A stretch of 64,000 nt of DNA from an uncultured virus (IMG/VR IMGVR_UViG_3300033153_010090) (IMGVR_UViG_3300033153_010090), one strand, 5' to 3'; shown: positions 41,063 through 49,895, counted from the stretch's first letter. Notes: generated by a model not told the origin, from the sequence alone. A program made the numbers and translations.

Positions 41063-41571
41063 AGTTTGGGGTCCTCTATACACTGGACGTCCCTCGTGAC
41101 GTCAGCGTCGCGCAATTCATGCCGACGCAACGGAAGCTCTTCCAGCAAACGGAGGGCGATGAGCAGTACGAATACGGGCACCTCGAAGGATGCTGGGAGA
41201 AAGGCAAGCATCGCAAGCTACTCGGAGTCTTGGACAAGAAGCAGTTCGAGAGGTTCTTGGAAGATACCAGCTTGTACCCAGAGGACGTCGAGACCATGGG
41301 GAGCCTGGGAGTTCCGTGGGCCGGATGCGGAGGGCTTGGGGTTGCTCCAGCCATCTCGTTCCGGAATGACGACCCGGATGCTATCCAGGGGGCCTACGTC
41401 ACGCCACTGCCCACCCTGGAGGGGCCTGGAGAGGACAGCTTCGACGTGGAGGACCGCGCGGATAGATACTGGGAGCTCATCAAACTCGCCATCCTGAGCA
41501 AGTACGGATACGACACGAGCCGGTGCCCTGTTGCTGCGAGGCTGGATAAAACGCGCCCAATGAGGCCATAG
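41059..41571 (+). CDS. Hypothetical protein
   Basis: ATGA-coupled, 170 aa. Confidence 0.7.
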   Translation: MKFGVLYTLDVPRDVSVAQFMPTQRKLFQQTEGDEQYEYGHLEGCWEKGKHRKLLGVLDKKQFERFLEDTSLYPEDVETMGSLGVPWAGCGGLGVAPAISFRNDDPDAIQGAYVTPLPTLEGPGEDSFDVEDRADRYWELIKLAILSKYGYDTSRCPVAARLDKTRPMRP

Positions 41572-41608
41572 CAGGAGGGATCAGAAGCGCTCGGAGGAGA
41601 AGGTAGCC

Positions 41609-42265
41609 CTACACCGAGGGCACCTCTGCAGATACTTCCCCGGGTTCTTCTGGTCCGCCACCTGGCTCGTCAGTGTCTTGCACTTCGGACACCGGAGCTT
41701 CCTGGATGTCTTCGGCTTCGGCTTCGCCTGCTGCATCTGCGACATAGTCTCCTCCGAAAATGGTGGCGCCCTCCGGGTACTCTTCCTCGGCCTGGGGGGC
41801 GTCGCCGCTGTTCTCTTCAGGCTCTTCTTCGCCCTTGAACCAGCTGACGTCCTCCCCCATGTACCACGACTCCATGTACTTTGCGAATCCAGGCTTGGCC
41901 CTGAACTTCTCGAAGTCGCCGAACAGCTGATTCAACTCGTTGTAGTTGATGGGGTCTATCTTAATGCTCTCCTCGCCGCGGTGAAGGTCCATCTCGTTGA
42001 TGATGGAGGCCAACGCATTGTGTCGAGAGATCAGCAGTCGCATCACGACGACCCACTTCATCTCGGACTTGTTGACTCCCTCCGCGAGCAGCTCAGCATT
42101 GTAGGATCGGTCAGCCTCCGCTCTTTCCACGGCCGCGAGCCTTTGGAAGAGTGAGTCGAGGGGACTTCTTCCTTGCGGCTGGTTTGCTGTCAGCTGCTTT
42201 TCCGCCTTTTTCACTGCTCTTTTTTCGTTCGACTTTCGCGCTCTTCTTTCCCTTCTTCCCGTCAT
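41609..42265 (-). CDS. Hypothetical protein with acidic tail
   Basis: 218 aa; GGAG RBS. Confidence 0.7.
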   Translation of the reverse strand: MTGRRERRARKSNEKRAVKKAEKQLTANQPQGRSPLDSLFQRLAAVERAEADRSYNAELLAEGVNKSEMKWVVVMRLLISRHNALASIINEMDLHRGEESIKIDPINYNELNQLFGDFEKFRAKPGFAKYMESWYMGEDVSWFKGEEEPEENSGDAPQAEEEYPEGATIFGGDYVADAAGEAEAEDIQEAPVSEVQDTDEPGGGPEEPGEVSAEVPSV

Positions 42266-42515
42266 CTTTGATCTCCGTATCGCCGAGCTTGGCCAGCTCT
42301 TCGCGAAGTTCTTGGGTCTTCTTGTCTACCAGCGCCTTCACTTCTTCGACGTTCTCAATCGGGACCTCCCCCATCTCAGTCGGGATCTCCTTCGTGGGAG
42401 GAACCCCGTTGTACCCAGTGGTGAATGGGCCCAGGAAGTTCAGGACCTCGTCCCACACGGCGAGCTGGTATTTCAACGCCATGAACTTGTCGAGGACCTG
42501 TGCAAACTTCGGCAT
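42111..42515 (-). CDS. Hypothetical protein with Lys-rich tail
   Basis: 134 aa; AGGAG RBS. Confidence 0.7.
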   Translation of the reverse strand: MPKFAQVLDKFMALKYQLAVWDEVLNFLGPFTTGYNGVPPTKEIPTEMGEVPIENVEEVKALVDKKTQELREELAKLGDTEIKDDGKKGKKSAKVERKKSSEKGGKAADSKPAARKKSPRLTLPKARGRGKSGG

Positions 42516-42532
42516 GAAAATCTCCTAACGGT

Positions 42533-42543
42533 GCCGGTATAAG
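42533..42543 (+). promoter_or_regulatory. Phage promoter motif YGGHATAAG
   Basis: GCCGGTATAAG in an intergenic gap. Confidence 0.6.
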
Positions 42544-42661
42544 AGCAGTGTCAGGACTCCCTGGCGAAAGCCAGAGGACCTAGAGGTTTGGAGACACCGA
42601 CCGTGCACCGAGTAGTCGACACCTGCTGTTGGTTGAGGGAAAGGAGGCACGATTTTCTTAG
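42544..42661 (+). ncRNA. Candidate small RNA 2
   Basis: Promoter motif to TTTTCTTAG; CTGGC-GAAA-GCCAG tetraloop; AGCAG.TGTC / GACA.CTGCT closing stem. Confidence 0.5.
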
Positions 42662-42665
42662 CCTC

Positions 42666-43421
42666 CTACGCTGTGATGCAGGCGAGGAATCGCTTTTGCA
42701 CCGAGGCCCCCGAGGCGGTGTCCTTCAGGATGTTCTTCAAAGGATAGATCACCGGAGCTCCACGCTTGGATCGAGCGTTGCCGAGGATCTTCCCGGCCTG
42801 ACCATCTTGGTGGACAGGGTCGTAGCGGATGTCCTCGGGATGGAACTTGAGGTAGAGATCTGCATTGCAGGCGAGATCACGCCAAATCTTCTCGATGAGG
42901 GCAGCCAGCTTACCTGGGCTCAGCTTGAAGATCTTCTCACCGTAGATCACCGGCAGCTGTGCAAACTTCTCAGGATCTGTCTTCTGCTTCTTCGCGTCCG
43001 CGATGACGCCCTTCTTGGTCACGACATCCAGGAAGCACTCACGCTCACACGAGGGACAGACAAGGCTGAACGGCCCGAAGTTGTCAGAGGTGATTGGCTT
43101 GTTGCAGTCCTTGTAGCCGCACCAGAACATCTGCTCGTCGCCGCCACCATGGTACTTCTTGCCAGACTCCCAGATGAGCATCATGCCAGTGGACGGCTTC
43201 AGGGAGGAGATCGACCGGTCACGGCCGAAGTGAATCTCGATCTTGAACTCGGCCTTGATACGGTCATCCTCAATGACCTTCGCCACGTCCTCGCCGTCCA
43301 GATAAGCAAGCTGCTCTACCGCAGACGCGCCGGGGATCACCACGGAAGACATACCCCGCTGATCCTGCTCCTCCTGGGCGACGATCTCAGCTTCAGATGT
43401 GGGTTTGACAGAGACGGGCAT
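42666..43421 (-). CDS. Hypothetical zinc-binding protein
   Basis: CGYKDC...CPSC; GGAGG RBS. Confidence 0.75.
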   Translation of the reverse strand: MPVSVKPTSEAEIVAQEEQDQRGMSSVVIPGASAVEQLAYLDGEDVAKVIEDDRIKAEFKIEIHFGRDRSISSLKPSTGMMLIWESGKKYHGGGDEQMFWCGYKDCNKPITSDNFGPFSLVCPSCERECFLDVVTKKGVIADAKKQKTDPEKFAQLPVIYGEKIFKLSPGKLAALIEKIWRDLACNADLYLKFHPEDIRYDPVHQDGQAGKILGNARSKRGAPVIYPLKNILKDTASGASVQKRFLACITA

Positions 43422-43423
43422 GA

Positions 43424-43900
43424 TCAACCTCCTCGAGTCGGCGCCCATCCACGGCCGCCAGTGGCGTCAGACGACTGCGGTGTAGGCTTCCCGAGCATGG
43501 GCATCTCCATGACGTCCACCTTCGTCTTCTCTCGGTAGGTGACCGTATCGCAAAGGATCGGGACGACGTCTTCGAAATCCTCAGCGCCCACGGAGAACAC
43601 CCAGCCGTACACCAGGCCGCCATCCTTCAGGAGGTACTCCTTCCCGAAGAAGAGCACGCCATGGTCCTGGCAGTTCCGGAGCATCTGCTCGATCGGTCCG
43701 TAGATGAGGTCGCGCTCACGCTTGGGGTTCTTCAGCCGAGCCAAGATGTGGAACTGCTGCACCATCGTCTTGATCTCGACAACTTGGACGAGCCCCGTCG
43801 ACTCCAACGCCTCCGAGAAGACCGCGGCGTACTGCGCTGAGACCTCCTCAGGATTCATGCCCGAGGTGTCGAGGGGGAACTGATCCTCATGCTCTGTCAT
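43424..43900 (-). CDS. Hypothetical protein
   Basis: 158 aa, operonic. Confidence 0.7.
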   Translation of the reverse strand: MTEHEDQFPLDTSGMNPEEVSAQYAAVFSEALESTGLVQVVEIKTMVQQFHILARLKNPKRERDLIYGPIEQMLRNCQDHGVLFFGKEYLLKDGGLVYGWVFSVGAEDFEDVVPILCDTVTYREKTKVDVMEMPMLGKPTPQSSDATGGRGWAPTRGG

Positions 43901-44174
43901 CTTCCTTCTCCACTAAGCACACAACTGGTGCGCTCTTTTCTTCAAGGTGAACTGACAGGTCCTCGAGCTGGCCACGGACCTGAGCTTCGCAGATGATGAG
44001 CGAATTGTACAAAACAGCATTCGGTGCCCAGTCCACGAACCGCTGATGATGGTCGGGGTCTGATGCCTCGAGGTCTGCCATCCGCTTCATCACCATCCCC
44101 AACGCGTGCTGATACATGCGATGGTCTTCCCGCAACTGGTCGATGAGGTGCTGAAGATCGTCAGTCTTACTCAC
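43887..44174 (-). CDS. Hypothetical helical protein
   Basis: GTG start after GGAGG. Confidence 0.6.
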   Translation of the reverse strand: MSKTDDLQHLIDQLREDHRMYQHALGMVMKRMADLEASDPDHHQRFVDWAPNAVLYNSLIICEAQVRGQLEDLSVHLEEKSAPVVCLVEKEDDRA

Positions 44175-44508
44175 CGTACAAACCCCTCCGAACGAGCCGG
44201 TGACCCTTCCCTTGGTCGCCTTGCACCACCTCTTCGGAGGCCTCCTTCTCAGTGACCTCCTCCCACTTGAGATGCTTGCAGGGGGAGCCGCCAGCCTCCT
44301 CAGGCAGCGGGGAACCACCGGGCTCTCCGCCCTCTCGAGGGAGTGCACAGCAGGCCCCTTCGCCGCACGCACATTCCCCTCTCCGCTCCGAGCCGGCAAA
44401 GTAGAAGGTGCACTCCGGCGGCATGTAGTGCGAGACCGTGGGGTAGTCCCTACACACCTTCGGTCGGTCCTCATAAATGCCGCATCTGGCGAGGGTCTTG
44501 GTTGTCAC
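44167..44508 (-). CDS. YkgJ-like Cys-cluster (Zn/Fe-chelating) protein, apparently permuted
   Basis: CGIYEDRPKVCRDYP at the N-terminus; CACGEGACC later. Confidence 0.7.
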   Translation of the reverse strand: MTTKTLARCGIYEDRPKVCRDYPTVSHYMPPECTFYFAGSERRGECACGEGACCALPREGGEPGGSPLPEEAGGSPCKHLKWEEVTEKEASEEVVQGDQGKGHRLVRRGLYGE

Positions 44509-44735
44509 TGCTCGACTCCAGGATTGGCCACAGCCCCTGTGAAGAACGGCGGTGGGGAGACCTTGTTGGGGATCCTCCCGGTGGACGTCAGGTACTGATG
44601 CTTCAGCTCGGCCCGAGTCATCTCAGCACTGATCTCGGTGTTGTCCGACTTGATGTGGAGTTCCACCTTCTCGTCGTCTGCGTTGATGCTCAAAGACCCG
44701 GTCTCCCCCTTCGTACTGATCTTGACCTTCATCAT
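44505..44735 (-). CDS. Hypothetical protein
   Basis: 76 aa, coupled. Confidence 0.6.
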   Translation of the reverse strand: MMKVKISTKGETGSLSINADDEKVELHIKSDNTEISAEMTRAELKHQYLTSTGRIPNKVSPPPFFTGAVANPGVEQ

Positions 44736-45214
44736 TCCTCCTTCAGTGCCGGAGCCCCCGGCACGGGCCTGAGATGGCAGACCAGTGTGGTCAGCTCATC
44801 ACCCTGGAACCGCTCTTCCACCTTCCAGACGTCGCGTGTCACCCCAGCGATGGAGGCCTGATGTGGATGACTCCTGCCGCCGGTAGCCGGCACCACGATG
44901 CAATCATCGCTCTCCACGATGACCAGCGTGTTGGTGTCAACGTCTCCACCGAAGAAGAGATGAGCGCGCTCGAACCGCTTGTCGGACACAAGCCGCGTCT
45001 CCTTGATCTGCACCGACTCCTTGTCGATAGCCCGGCCCAGGGTGTCAACGAAGTCTTCGACGGTCTTCCATCCTTGCTCCAAGGATACCGGTCGGGACCC
45101 AGCCTTGTCCTTGACGGACTCGGGAAGGAGTTTCCACGCGACGAGCTGCTGGAGCATCTCGGACGGAATCATCCCGGACTGGATGACGAGCTGAACTGCT
45201 TTCGAGTCGGGCAT
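44732..45214 (-). CDS. Hypothetical protein
   Basis: 160 aa; AGGAG RBS. Confidence 0.7.
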   Translation of the reverse strand: MPDSKAVQLVIQSGMIPSEMLQQLVAWKLLPESVKDKAGSRPVSLEQGWKTVEDFVDTLGRAIDKESVQIKETRLVSDKRFERAHLFFGGDVDTNTLVIVESDDCIVVPATGGRSHPHQASIAGVTRDVWKVEERFQGDELTTLVCHLRPVPGAPALKEE

Positions 45215-45773
45215 GTGACTTCTCCTTCAGCTCGATGTTGGTCTTCACACCAAGCTCGATGTCCCGAATGTCGCCCTCTTTGTAGCGGGCGCCGCACAGG
45301 ATAATGACATCCTCCGGCAACGACCGGATTCTCCTGACAGGGAACCCTCCCAGCTGAGTCATCTGAAACCCAGGCATGGACGGCATCCCCCGTTCATCCA
45401 TCAGCAGCCACTTCTCTAGTTTGTCGGCGTCGATGGGGCCGGTGGCCCAGCAGACAGCATGGAGCGAGTGCATGTGGAGCAGGTGCTGCATGTCGTACAG
45501 CATCTCCGCAGCTGCAGTGACATCTTCGTTGAGGTACTCGATGATCTGTGCGTTTCGCAACGTACCATCCAGCGTGACCTCGAGCTCCTCGAGCTCGCCC
45601 TCGTTCATATCTCGGTAGACGAGGATGGACCTACTATCCTCCACAACGACCTTGCGAACAGGGGACCCACCACTCATGGCTGAGCGGAGCACCTCCAAGA
45701 TCTCGTCCACAGTGCCAGGCAGCGCGTACTCTTCACGCTTCAAACCTTCATATTTGTCGAACATCGACGACAT
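45045..45773 (-). CDS. Hypothetical protein
   Basis: 242 aa, operonic. Confidence 0.7.
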   Translation of the reverse strand: MSSMFDKYEGLKREEYALPGTVDEILEVLRSAMSGGSPVRKVVVEDSRSILVYRDMNEGELEELEVTLDGTLRNAQIIEYLNEDVTAAAEMLYDMQHLLHMHSLHAVCWATGPIDADKLEKWLLMDERGMPSMPGFQMTQLGGFPVRRIRSLPEDVIILCGARYKEGDIRDIELGVKTNIELKEKSHARLESSSARHPVRDDSVRDAPAARRVETPSRVRQGQGWVPTGILGARMEDRRRLR

Positions 45774-45960
45774 GTTCTGTCTCCCTCAGGTGGACAAAGA
45801 AGTCTGTGGTCAGCGACGTGACAGTAGTCTGGTGCCGCTGAGCGTATTCGTGGACCCAGACCTTCAGGTCAGGGTCGATCCTCAGATTGAGGCGACCATC
45901 CTTCGTCTGCGGCCGAGTGACGATCTTCTTCCGCGCCTTCTTCTTTTTCTTGGTCGCCAT
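45748..45960 (-). CDS. Ribbon-helix-helix (Arc/HicB-like) DNA-binding protein
   Basis: GRLNLRIDPDLKVWVHEYAQRHQTTVTSL. Confidence 0.7.
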   Translation of the reverse strand: MATKKKKKARKKIVTRPQTKDGRLNLRIDPDLKVWVHEYAQRHQTTVTSLTTDFFVHLRETEHVVDVRQI

Positions 45961-45961
45961 C

Positions 45962-46249
45962 TCACGTCTCCAGGGAACTGCCATCCGCCGGCGCGCTCAC
46001 TGCCATGACCCCCTCCAAGTACGCCCGAAGGCCGGGGAACTCGTACTGCTCGACGATCATGTCGATCACCGCCTTGTGCATCTCGAACGGGAGATACGGG
46101 TGGCTCAGGTCAGCGTTATGGAACCGGTTCGTCAAGTGCTCGTCCACCTGTCGATGCAAAGGGGTGTTCATCGCCAGGAAGTGTGGGAGCCACATCCACT
46201 TCACCTCCCACTGTCCCTTCACTTCCTTCTTCGGGTGAACGAGTAACAT
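45962..46249 (-). CDS. Hypothetical protein
   Basis: Start MLLVHP after AGGAGG. Confidence 0.65.
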   Translation of the reverse strand: MLLVHPKKEVKGQWEVKWMWLPHFLAMNTPLHRQVDEHLTNRFHNADLSHPYLPFEMHKAVIDMIVEQYEFPGLRAYLEGVMAVSAPADGSSLET

Positions 46250-46569
46250 CAGTCCTCCTTGACGAGCTCGATGTCTTCGATGCGGATGAAGCAATGCTCG
46301 CGGTCTAGGAACCCACCGGGTCGCTGCAGCTCCTGCATGTAGCCACGGAACATGATGGTGTCTCCCGCCGAGAAGTCCGGAGGAATGAGGCGCCCCTTCT
46401 TGTCGGTGCACCCCCGACCAACGGACAGAACCTTGGCGGTGGCATGCCCGAGGCGTTCCTCGAGATTCCCTGCTGGAAGGAAGAGCCCACCCTTGGACTT
46501 CTCCGGTGAAGCTGCCACCTTCAGTAGAGCCCACCCTCCAGTGGCTTTGATCTTGTTGACGTCCACCAT
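46249..46569 (-). CDS. groES: GroES-like co-chaperonin
   Basis: EKSKGGLFLP mobile loop, AKVLSVGRG, AGDTIMF, FIRIEDI. Confidence 0.85.
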   Translation of the reverse strand: MVDVNKIKATGGWALLKVAASPEKSKGGLFLPAGNLEERLGHATAKVLSVGRGCTDKKGRLIPPDFSAGDTIMFRGYMQELQRPGGFLDREHCFIRIEDIELVKED

Positions 46570-46571
46570 GG

Positions 46572-46859
46572 TCAGATCGAGCTCATGTCAGCGTCGCCGG
46601 CGTTCGCGTGGTCGATAGCTTCCCGGAGCGACTTCTCGAACCATGCCGTGGCTGGGACGACCACACCAGTGCCCTGCACGATCTGCTTCAGGACGAACGT
46701 GGCCCCCTTGCGGGTGGGGTCGGTGAAAACAAGGCGGGTCTGGTCCCGTGCGTCGCCATCAGCATAGTTGACGAGGTAGGCGTCCAGCTTCGCGACGTTC
46801 TTGATCTCACGAACCTTGTCACCATACTGGCTCTGACTCTGACCTTCTGTCGGTGCCAT
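46572..46859 (-). CDS. Hypothetical protein
   Basis: 95 aa, operonic. Confidence 0.7.
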   Translation of the reverse strand: MAPTEGQSQSQYGDKVREIKNVAKLDAYLVNYADGDARDQTRLVFTDPTRKGATFVLKQIVQGTGVVVPATAWFEKSLREAIDHANAGDADMSSI

Positions 46860-46860
46860 C

Positions 46861-47190
46861 TTATCTCCTCATGCCGGCAACGAGCTGAGTCGGGACCGGC
46901 TCACATCCGCACACGCGGATAGTTCTGGTTTCACCACCGCCGCTTGGTAGTGGGATGTACTGAACTCGATTCTGGCAAAGGGGGCATGTCTGTCCCGTGT
47001 TGCTCAGCAGCTGAAGAGGGACCTGAGGCGCCAGGGCCTTCAGCATCTTCAGCGCCTCGTCCGTCTTCTTCTCCACCCGCACCAACGCCCGAATCAGCTC
47101 TGTCCGCGTCGAGCTCTCCTGCCTGAGTTTGTCGATCTCCAGACTCAAGGACTCCAGGGTGGCTTGCGGCCTCTTCAACAAGCTGGTCAT
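46861..47190 (-). CDS. Coiled-coil plus zinc-ribbon protein
   Basis: GGAGG RBS; CPLC...CGC. Confidence 0.65.
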   Translation of the reverse strand: MTSLLKRPQATLESLSLEIDKLRQESSTRTELIRALVRVEKKTDEALKMLKALAPQVPLQLLSNTGQTCPLCQNRVQYIPLPSGGGETRTIRVCGCEPVPTQLVAGMRR

Positions 47191-47647
47191 CGAAAACCTC
47201 CACGCAGGTAGGGCCTGGCTCGGAGATGGCGAAAACGCAGGCTCCGTGAGTTGATGATGCGAAGTGCAGCATCGTGCCATCGTCCATCACTAGCTTGCGC
47301 AGGATGGTACGCGCTGGGTCACCTACTGAGTAGCCATCTATGGAGACGACCCTCTTGCTGACGAGCTCCGATTTGACCGCGGGCAAATCAGCTGGGACCT
47401 GGTCCGGCCTGCCGAACCCGTTGATCACCCTGTAGTAGGTCTGAAGTGGAATCTCCTCCGTAGACCTGACCTTGTCTTGGTTCGCCACCACCCAATCCAG
47501 TGTGACACGGGCGGCTCTCCCCAAACATCGCGTCGTCGCACAAGGCAGAGACTCCTTCCACTCCGGTGTGTCGAGGAGACGGTGCACCTCCTCGTGCTCA
47601 CCAGTTATGTGGTAAGCCGACTGGCAGAGGAAGCAGTAGGCGATCAT
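46931..47647 (-). CDS. Hypothetical zinc-binding protein
   Basis: CFLC...CATTRC. Confidence 0.7.
   Translation of the reverse strand: MIAYCFLCQSAYHITGEHEEVHRLLDTPEWKESLPCATTRCLGRAARVTLDWVVANQDKVRSTEEIPLQTYYRVINGFGRPDQVPADLPAVKSELVSKRVVSIDGYSVGDPARTILRKLVMDDGTMLHFASSTHGACVFAISEPGPTCVEVFDDQLVEEAASHPGVLESGDRQTQAGELDADRADSGVGAGGEEDGRGAEDAEGPGASGPSSAAEQHGTDMPPLPESSSVHPTTKRRW
47373..47386. repeat. Dispersed palindrome, copy 4 (TTGACCGCGGGCAA; extends to 20 bp GATTTG...CAAATC), intragenic
   Basis: Exact match to the degenerate consensus. Confidence 0.75.
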
Positions 47648-47982
47648 ATCGACTGCACCCCAGAGTCGTAGGTCTCACCCTGGTCGTAATCGTCCTCATC
47701 CTCGACATCCCGTTCCGGGTTGAAGATCGACGGGGCCGTGGGGGCCGGAGTTGCGCTGGACACTGGAGTGGCAGGCAAGTTCAGCTCAACGTGTTGTGTC
47801 GTGTGCGCCTCGTCCTCGTGAGATCGGGACTCAGCCCACATTGCAACGATCGTCTCCATGTCGTCGTCAGAGACACGGATAAGGGCCTGTGAGATACCGT
47901 TGGAGACCAACAGTCCCCTCGGGGTCTCCTGGCCGTTCCGCAAGTTGATACTCTCCCCGACGATGTCGGTGATGGTGATCAT
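47644..47982 (-). CDS. Hypothetical protein
   Basis: 112 aa, ATGA-coupled. Confidence 0.7.
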   Translation of the reverse strand: MITITDIVGESINLRNGQETPRGLLVSNGISQALIRVSDDDMETIVAMWAESRSHEDEAHTTQHVELNLPATPVSSATPAPTAPSIFNPERDVEDEDDYDQGETYDSGVQSI

Positions 47983-48188
47983 GACTTGACCTCCGGTGGT
48001 GCTGCACTAGCTGGGTGATGGACCAAGATCTTGGGTATCAAGAAGTCTTCAGCAAGCGCAAGCAAGAGGCACTGTGAGCCGTTCCATGCCCGGCACTCGT
48101 ACTTGCCAACCTTGTCAGTCGACAGGTGATCACTCGGGCACTTCGTGTCTCGCAGAAAGCACCTCACATCCTCTGAGTCGTTCGCCAT
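47979..48188 (-). CDS. Small Cys-rich protein
   Basis: MANDSEDVRCFL...CRAW...CLL. Confidence 0.6.
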   Translation of the reverse strand: MANDSEDVRCFLRDTKCPSDHLSTDKVGKYECRAWNGSQCLLLALAEDFLIPKILVHHPASAAPPEVKS

Positions 48189-48598
48189 CGCTTTTCTGCC
48201 TCTTCTGCCTTCCGCCGCGCTAGATCCATGCGCGACTGGATCTTCTTTCTCTGGTCGCTCGCCATCCCCATCGGCTTGACTGTGAACGCCCCAACCGATG
48301 TCCACTCCTTCAACGTGGCCTGCTCCTTCTTCTTCCTACCCTCACGCTCCCCAGCAACGTAGGGGAACAGCGCATTGACGTAGTCCTTCAGCGCCTCAGA
48401 GAAGGTATCGTCCTTCGTGTGTGGCCTGAAGAACGCCTCCATCAGGGCTCTCATCTCGAGGAATCGAGCCTCTTGCCGCTTCTTCGTCACAAGCAGAAGA
48501 AGAGACTCCAATAGCGATCCTGGATCCGGCGGCCCCGAAGCCAAGTCGTAGAGCATGTTCGCGTGTGCCCATCCTATTGGAGTCTCTAGCCATTTTTT
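48164..48598 (-). CDS. -1 frame extension of the tail assembly chaperone (gpGT-like C-terminal part)
   Basis: Open -1 frame beginning at the slippery A AAA AAT (48598-48592); no clear RBS of its own. Confidence 0.7.
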   Translation of the reverse strand, partial: KKWLETPIGWAHANMLYDLASGPPDPGSLLESLLLLVTKKRQEARFLEMRALMEAFFRPHTKDDTFSEALKDYVNALFPYVAGEREGRKKKEQATLKEWTSVGAFTVKPMGMASDQRKKIQSRMDLARRKAEEAEKRWRTTQRM

Positions 48599-49596
48599 AA
48601 CGAATCGACGGACAGGAGCTTCGTCACCCGTTCGTCGAACCACATGCACTGCAGACTCATGTCAGCGAGGATCTGAATTGGGTGCCGGGTGAGGAGGTCG
48701 TATTTCGCCTTGAACTTCTCCTCGTCGACCTCCTCGTCAGGAAGACCAACCTTCTTGCGATGGTCAGGGAATGGTTGCTTGTTCAGCTCCGTGATCGAGC
48801 AGGTCAGCTTGAAGAGGTTGAGCAGTTCCTGCACGTACCGTACGGACCCCGGGAAGTTGTAGACGTACTGCAAGCACCAGAGATGCTCGCGCTCGTTGAA
48901 CGTCCGGAAGGTGTAGATGACCTTCCCCGGAATGACAGGGACGTCCTGACTGATCTCCCGATTGGTGATGAGGTCTGCGACGTCCAGCTCGCTGAGGCGC
49001 TCTTCGATTGCCGCCCGACGTTCGGAGCCCTCCAGGTGCCGACGAACCGCGTTCATCTCCTCATCGTCATAGGGGAGCTGGAACTGCGGCTCTCGATCCT
49101 GGACAATCTTCCGATCCGCCTCTTCCAGCTCGTCCTTCAACGGAGGATCAATGACAGGAGGCGGCAGCTCAGCCGCTTCTGCCTCGGCCTCGGCCTCCTG
49201 GAGCTGTGCCTCGGAAAGCAGCCGCTCAGTCTCGGGAGAGACCGCGGGCTTCGCCCCACCCAGTCCCTGGCGCTTTGCATCCCCCATTGACATCGGCTGT
49301 GCTCCAGCGGATGTCAGGTGCTGGTTCACAGGGTATGCCGCTCCGACACCCTGGGGCATCCCTTCCGGAGGTAGTTGCACAGGAAGCTGCTGGCCGGGCT
49401 GGCCGGGCTGCATGCCCGGGGGCACATCGAAACCCACCTTCGGGAGCCCCATGTTCGGCATCGTACCTTCAGCAATGGGCGGGGCCCCTCCGACAGGGAG
49501 GCTACGACCTTTCACCGAAGCCTGCTGTTGACGCTTCTCAGCGATGCGCTTCTGGTAGTCAGCTGTGGCGCGCGGGGGACCCTGATTCTTCGGCAT
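48586..49596 (-). CDS. Putative tail assembly chaperone (gpG-like) with Pro/Gln-rich N-terminus
   Basis: Ends TTA AAA AAT GGC TAG; YTFRTFNERE...LTCSITELN. Confidence 0.65.
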   Translation of the reverse strand: MPKNQGPPRATADYQKRIAEKRQQQASVKGRSLPVGGAPPIAEGTMPNMGLPKVGFDVPPGMQPGQPGQQLPVQLPPEGMPQGVGAAYPVNQHLTSAGAQPMSMGDAKRQGLGGAKPAVSPETERLLSEAQLQEAEAEAEAAELPPPVIDPPLKDELEEADRKIVQDREPQFQLPYDDEEMNAVRRHLEGSERRAAIEERLSELDVADLITNREISQDVPVIPGKVIYTFRTFNEREHLWCLQYVYNFPGSVRYVQELLNLFKLTCSITELNKQPFPDHRKKVGLPDEEVDEEKFKAKYDLLTRHPIQILADMSLQCMWFDERVTKLLSVDSLKNG

Positions 49597-49607
49597 GAAC
49601 TATCCTC

Positions 49608-49895
49608 CTAGTCATCGAAGACCATTGTGAGGTCTGGCTCCAGTAGTGTTTGTTTGGAAAGCCCGCGCTGGGTCGTAGGCAGCTTCTCCATAATTGGGCG
49701 CGGGAGTGACACGGGCCAGCTCGTTTTGCAAGGGCCACAGTACACCCGAACGCCGAGGCTGTTGGATACGACCCTCCCCTCCTGCTTGCACGTAGGGCAT
49801 ATCCTCGCCTTCTCGAGAGTCGGAACCTCAGGGCGATCAGACCGCGGCTTTGGGTCCGGCAGCGCCGAGGGCCCGGTTTCTTGCTTCTTCTTCAC
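49608..49895 (-). CDS. Zinc-ribbon protein
   Basis: CPTC...CGPC. Confidence 0.65.
   Translation of the reverse strand: MKKKQETGPSALPDPKPRSDRPEVPTLEKARICPTCKQEGRVVSNSLGVRVYCGPCKTSWPVSLPRPIMEKLPTTQRGLSKQTLLEPDLTMVFDD

Noticed and set aside
42219..42225. dnaX-type slippery heptamer A AAA AAG in frame in ORF 42111-42515
   Set aside because: A -1 slip reaches TGA within three codons and the downstream gene is in the +1 frame, so no fusion results; Lys-Lys codons explain the sequence
42603..42620. GCACCGAGT resembling the 3' hairpin of Cas9 tracrRNA
   Set aside because: Only 9 nt match, the complementary arm is missing, and there are no cas genes or repeats
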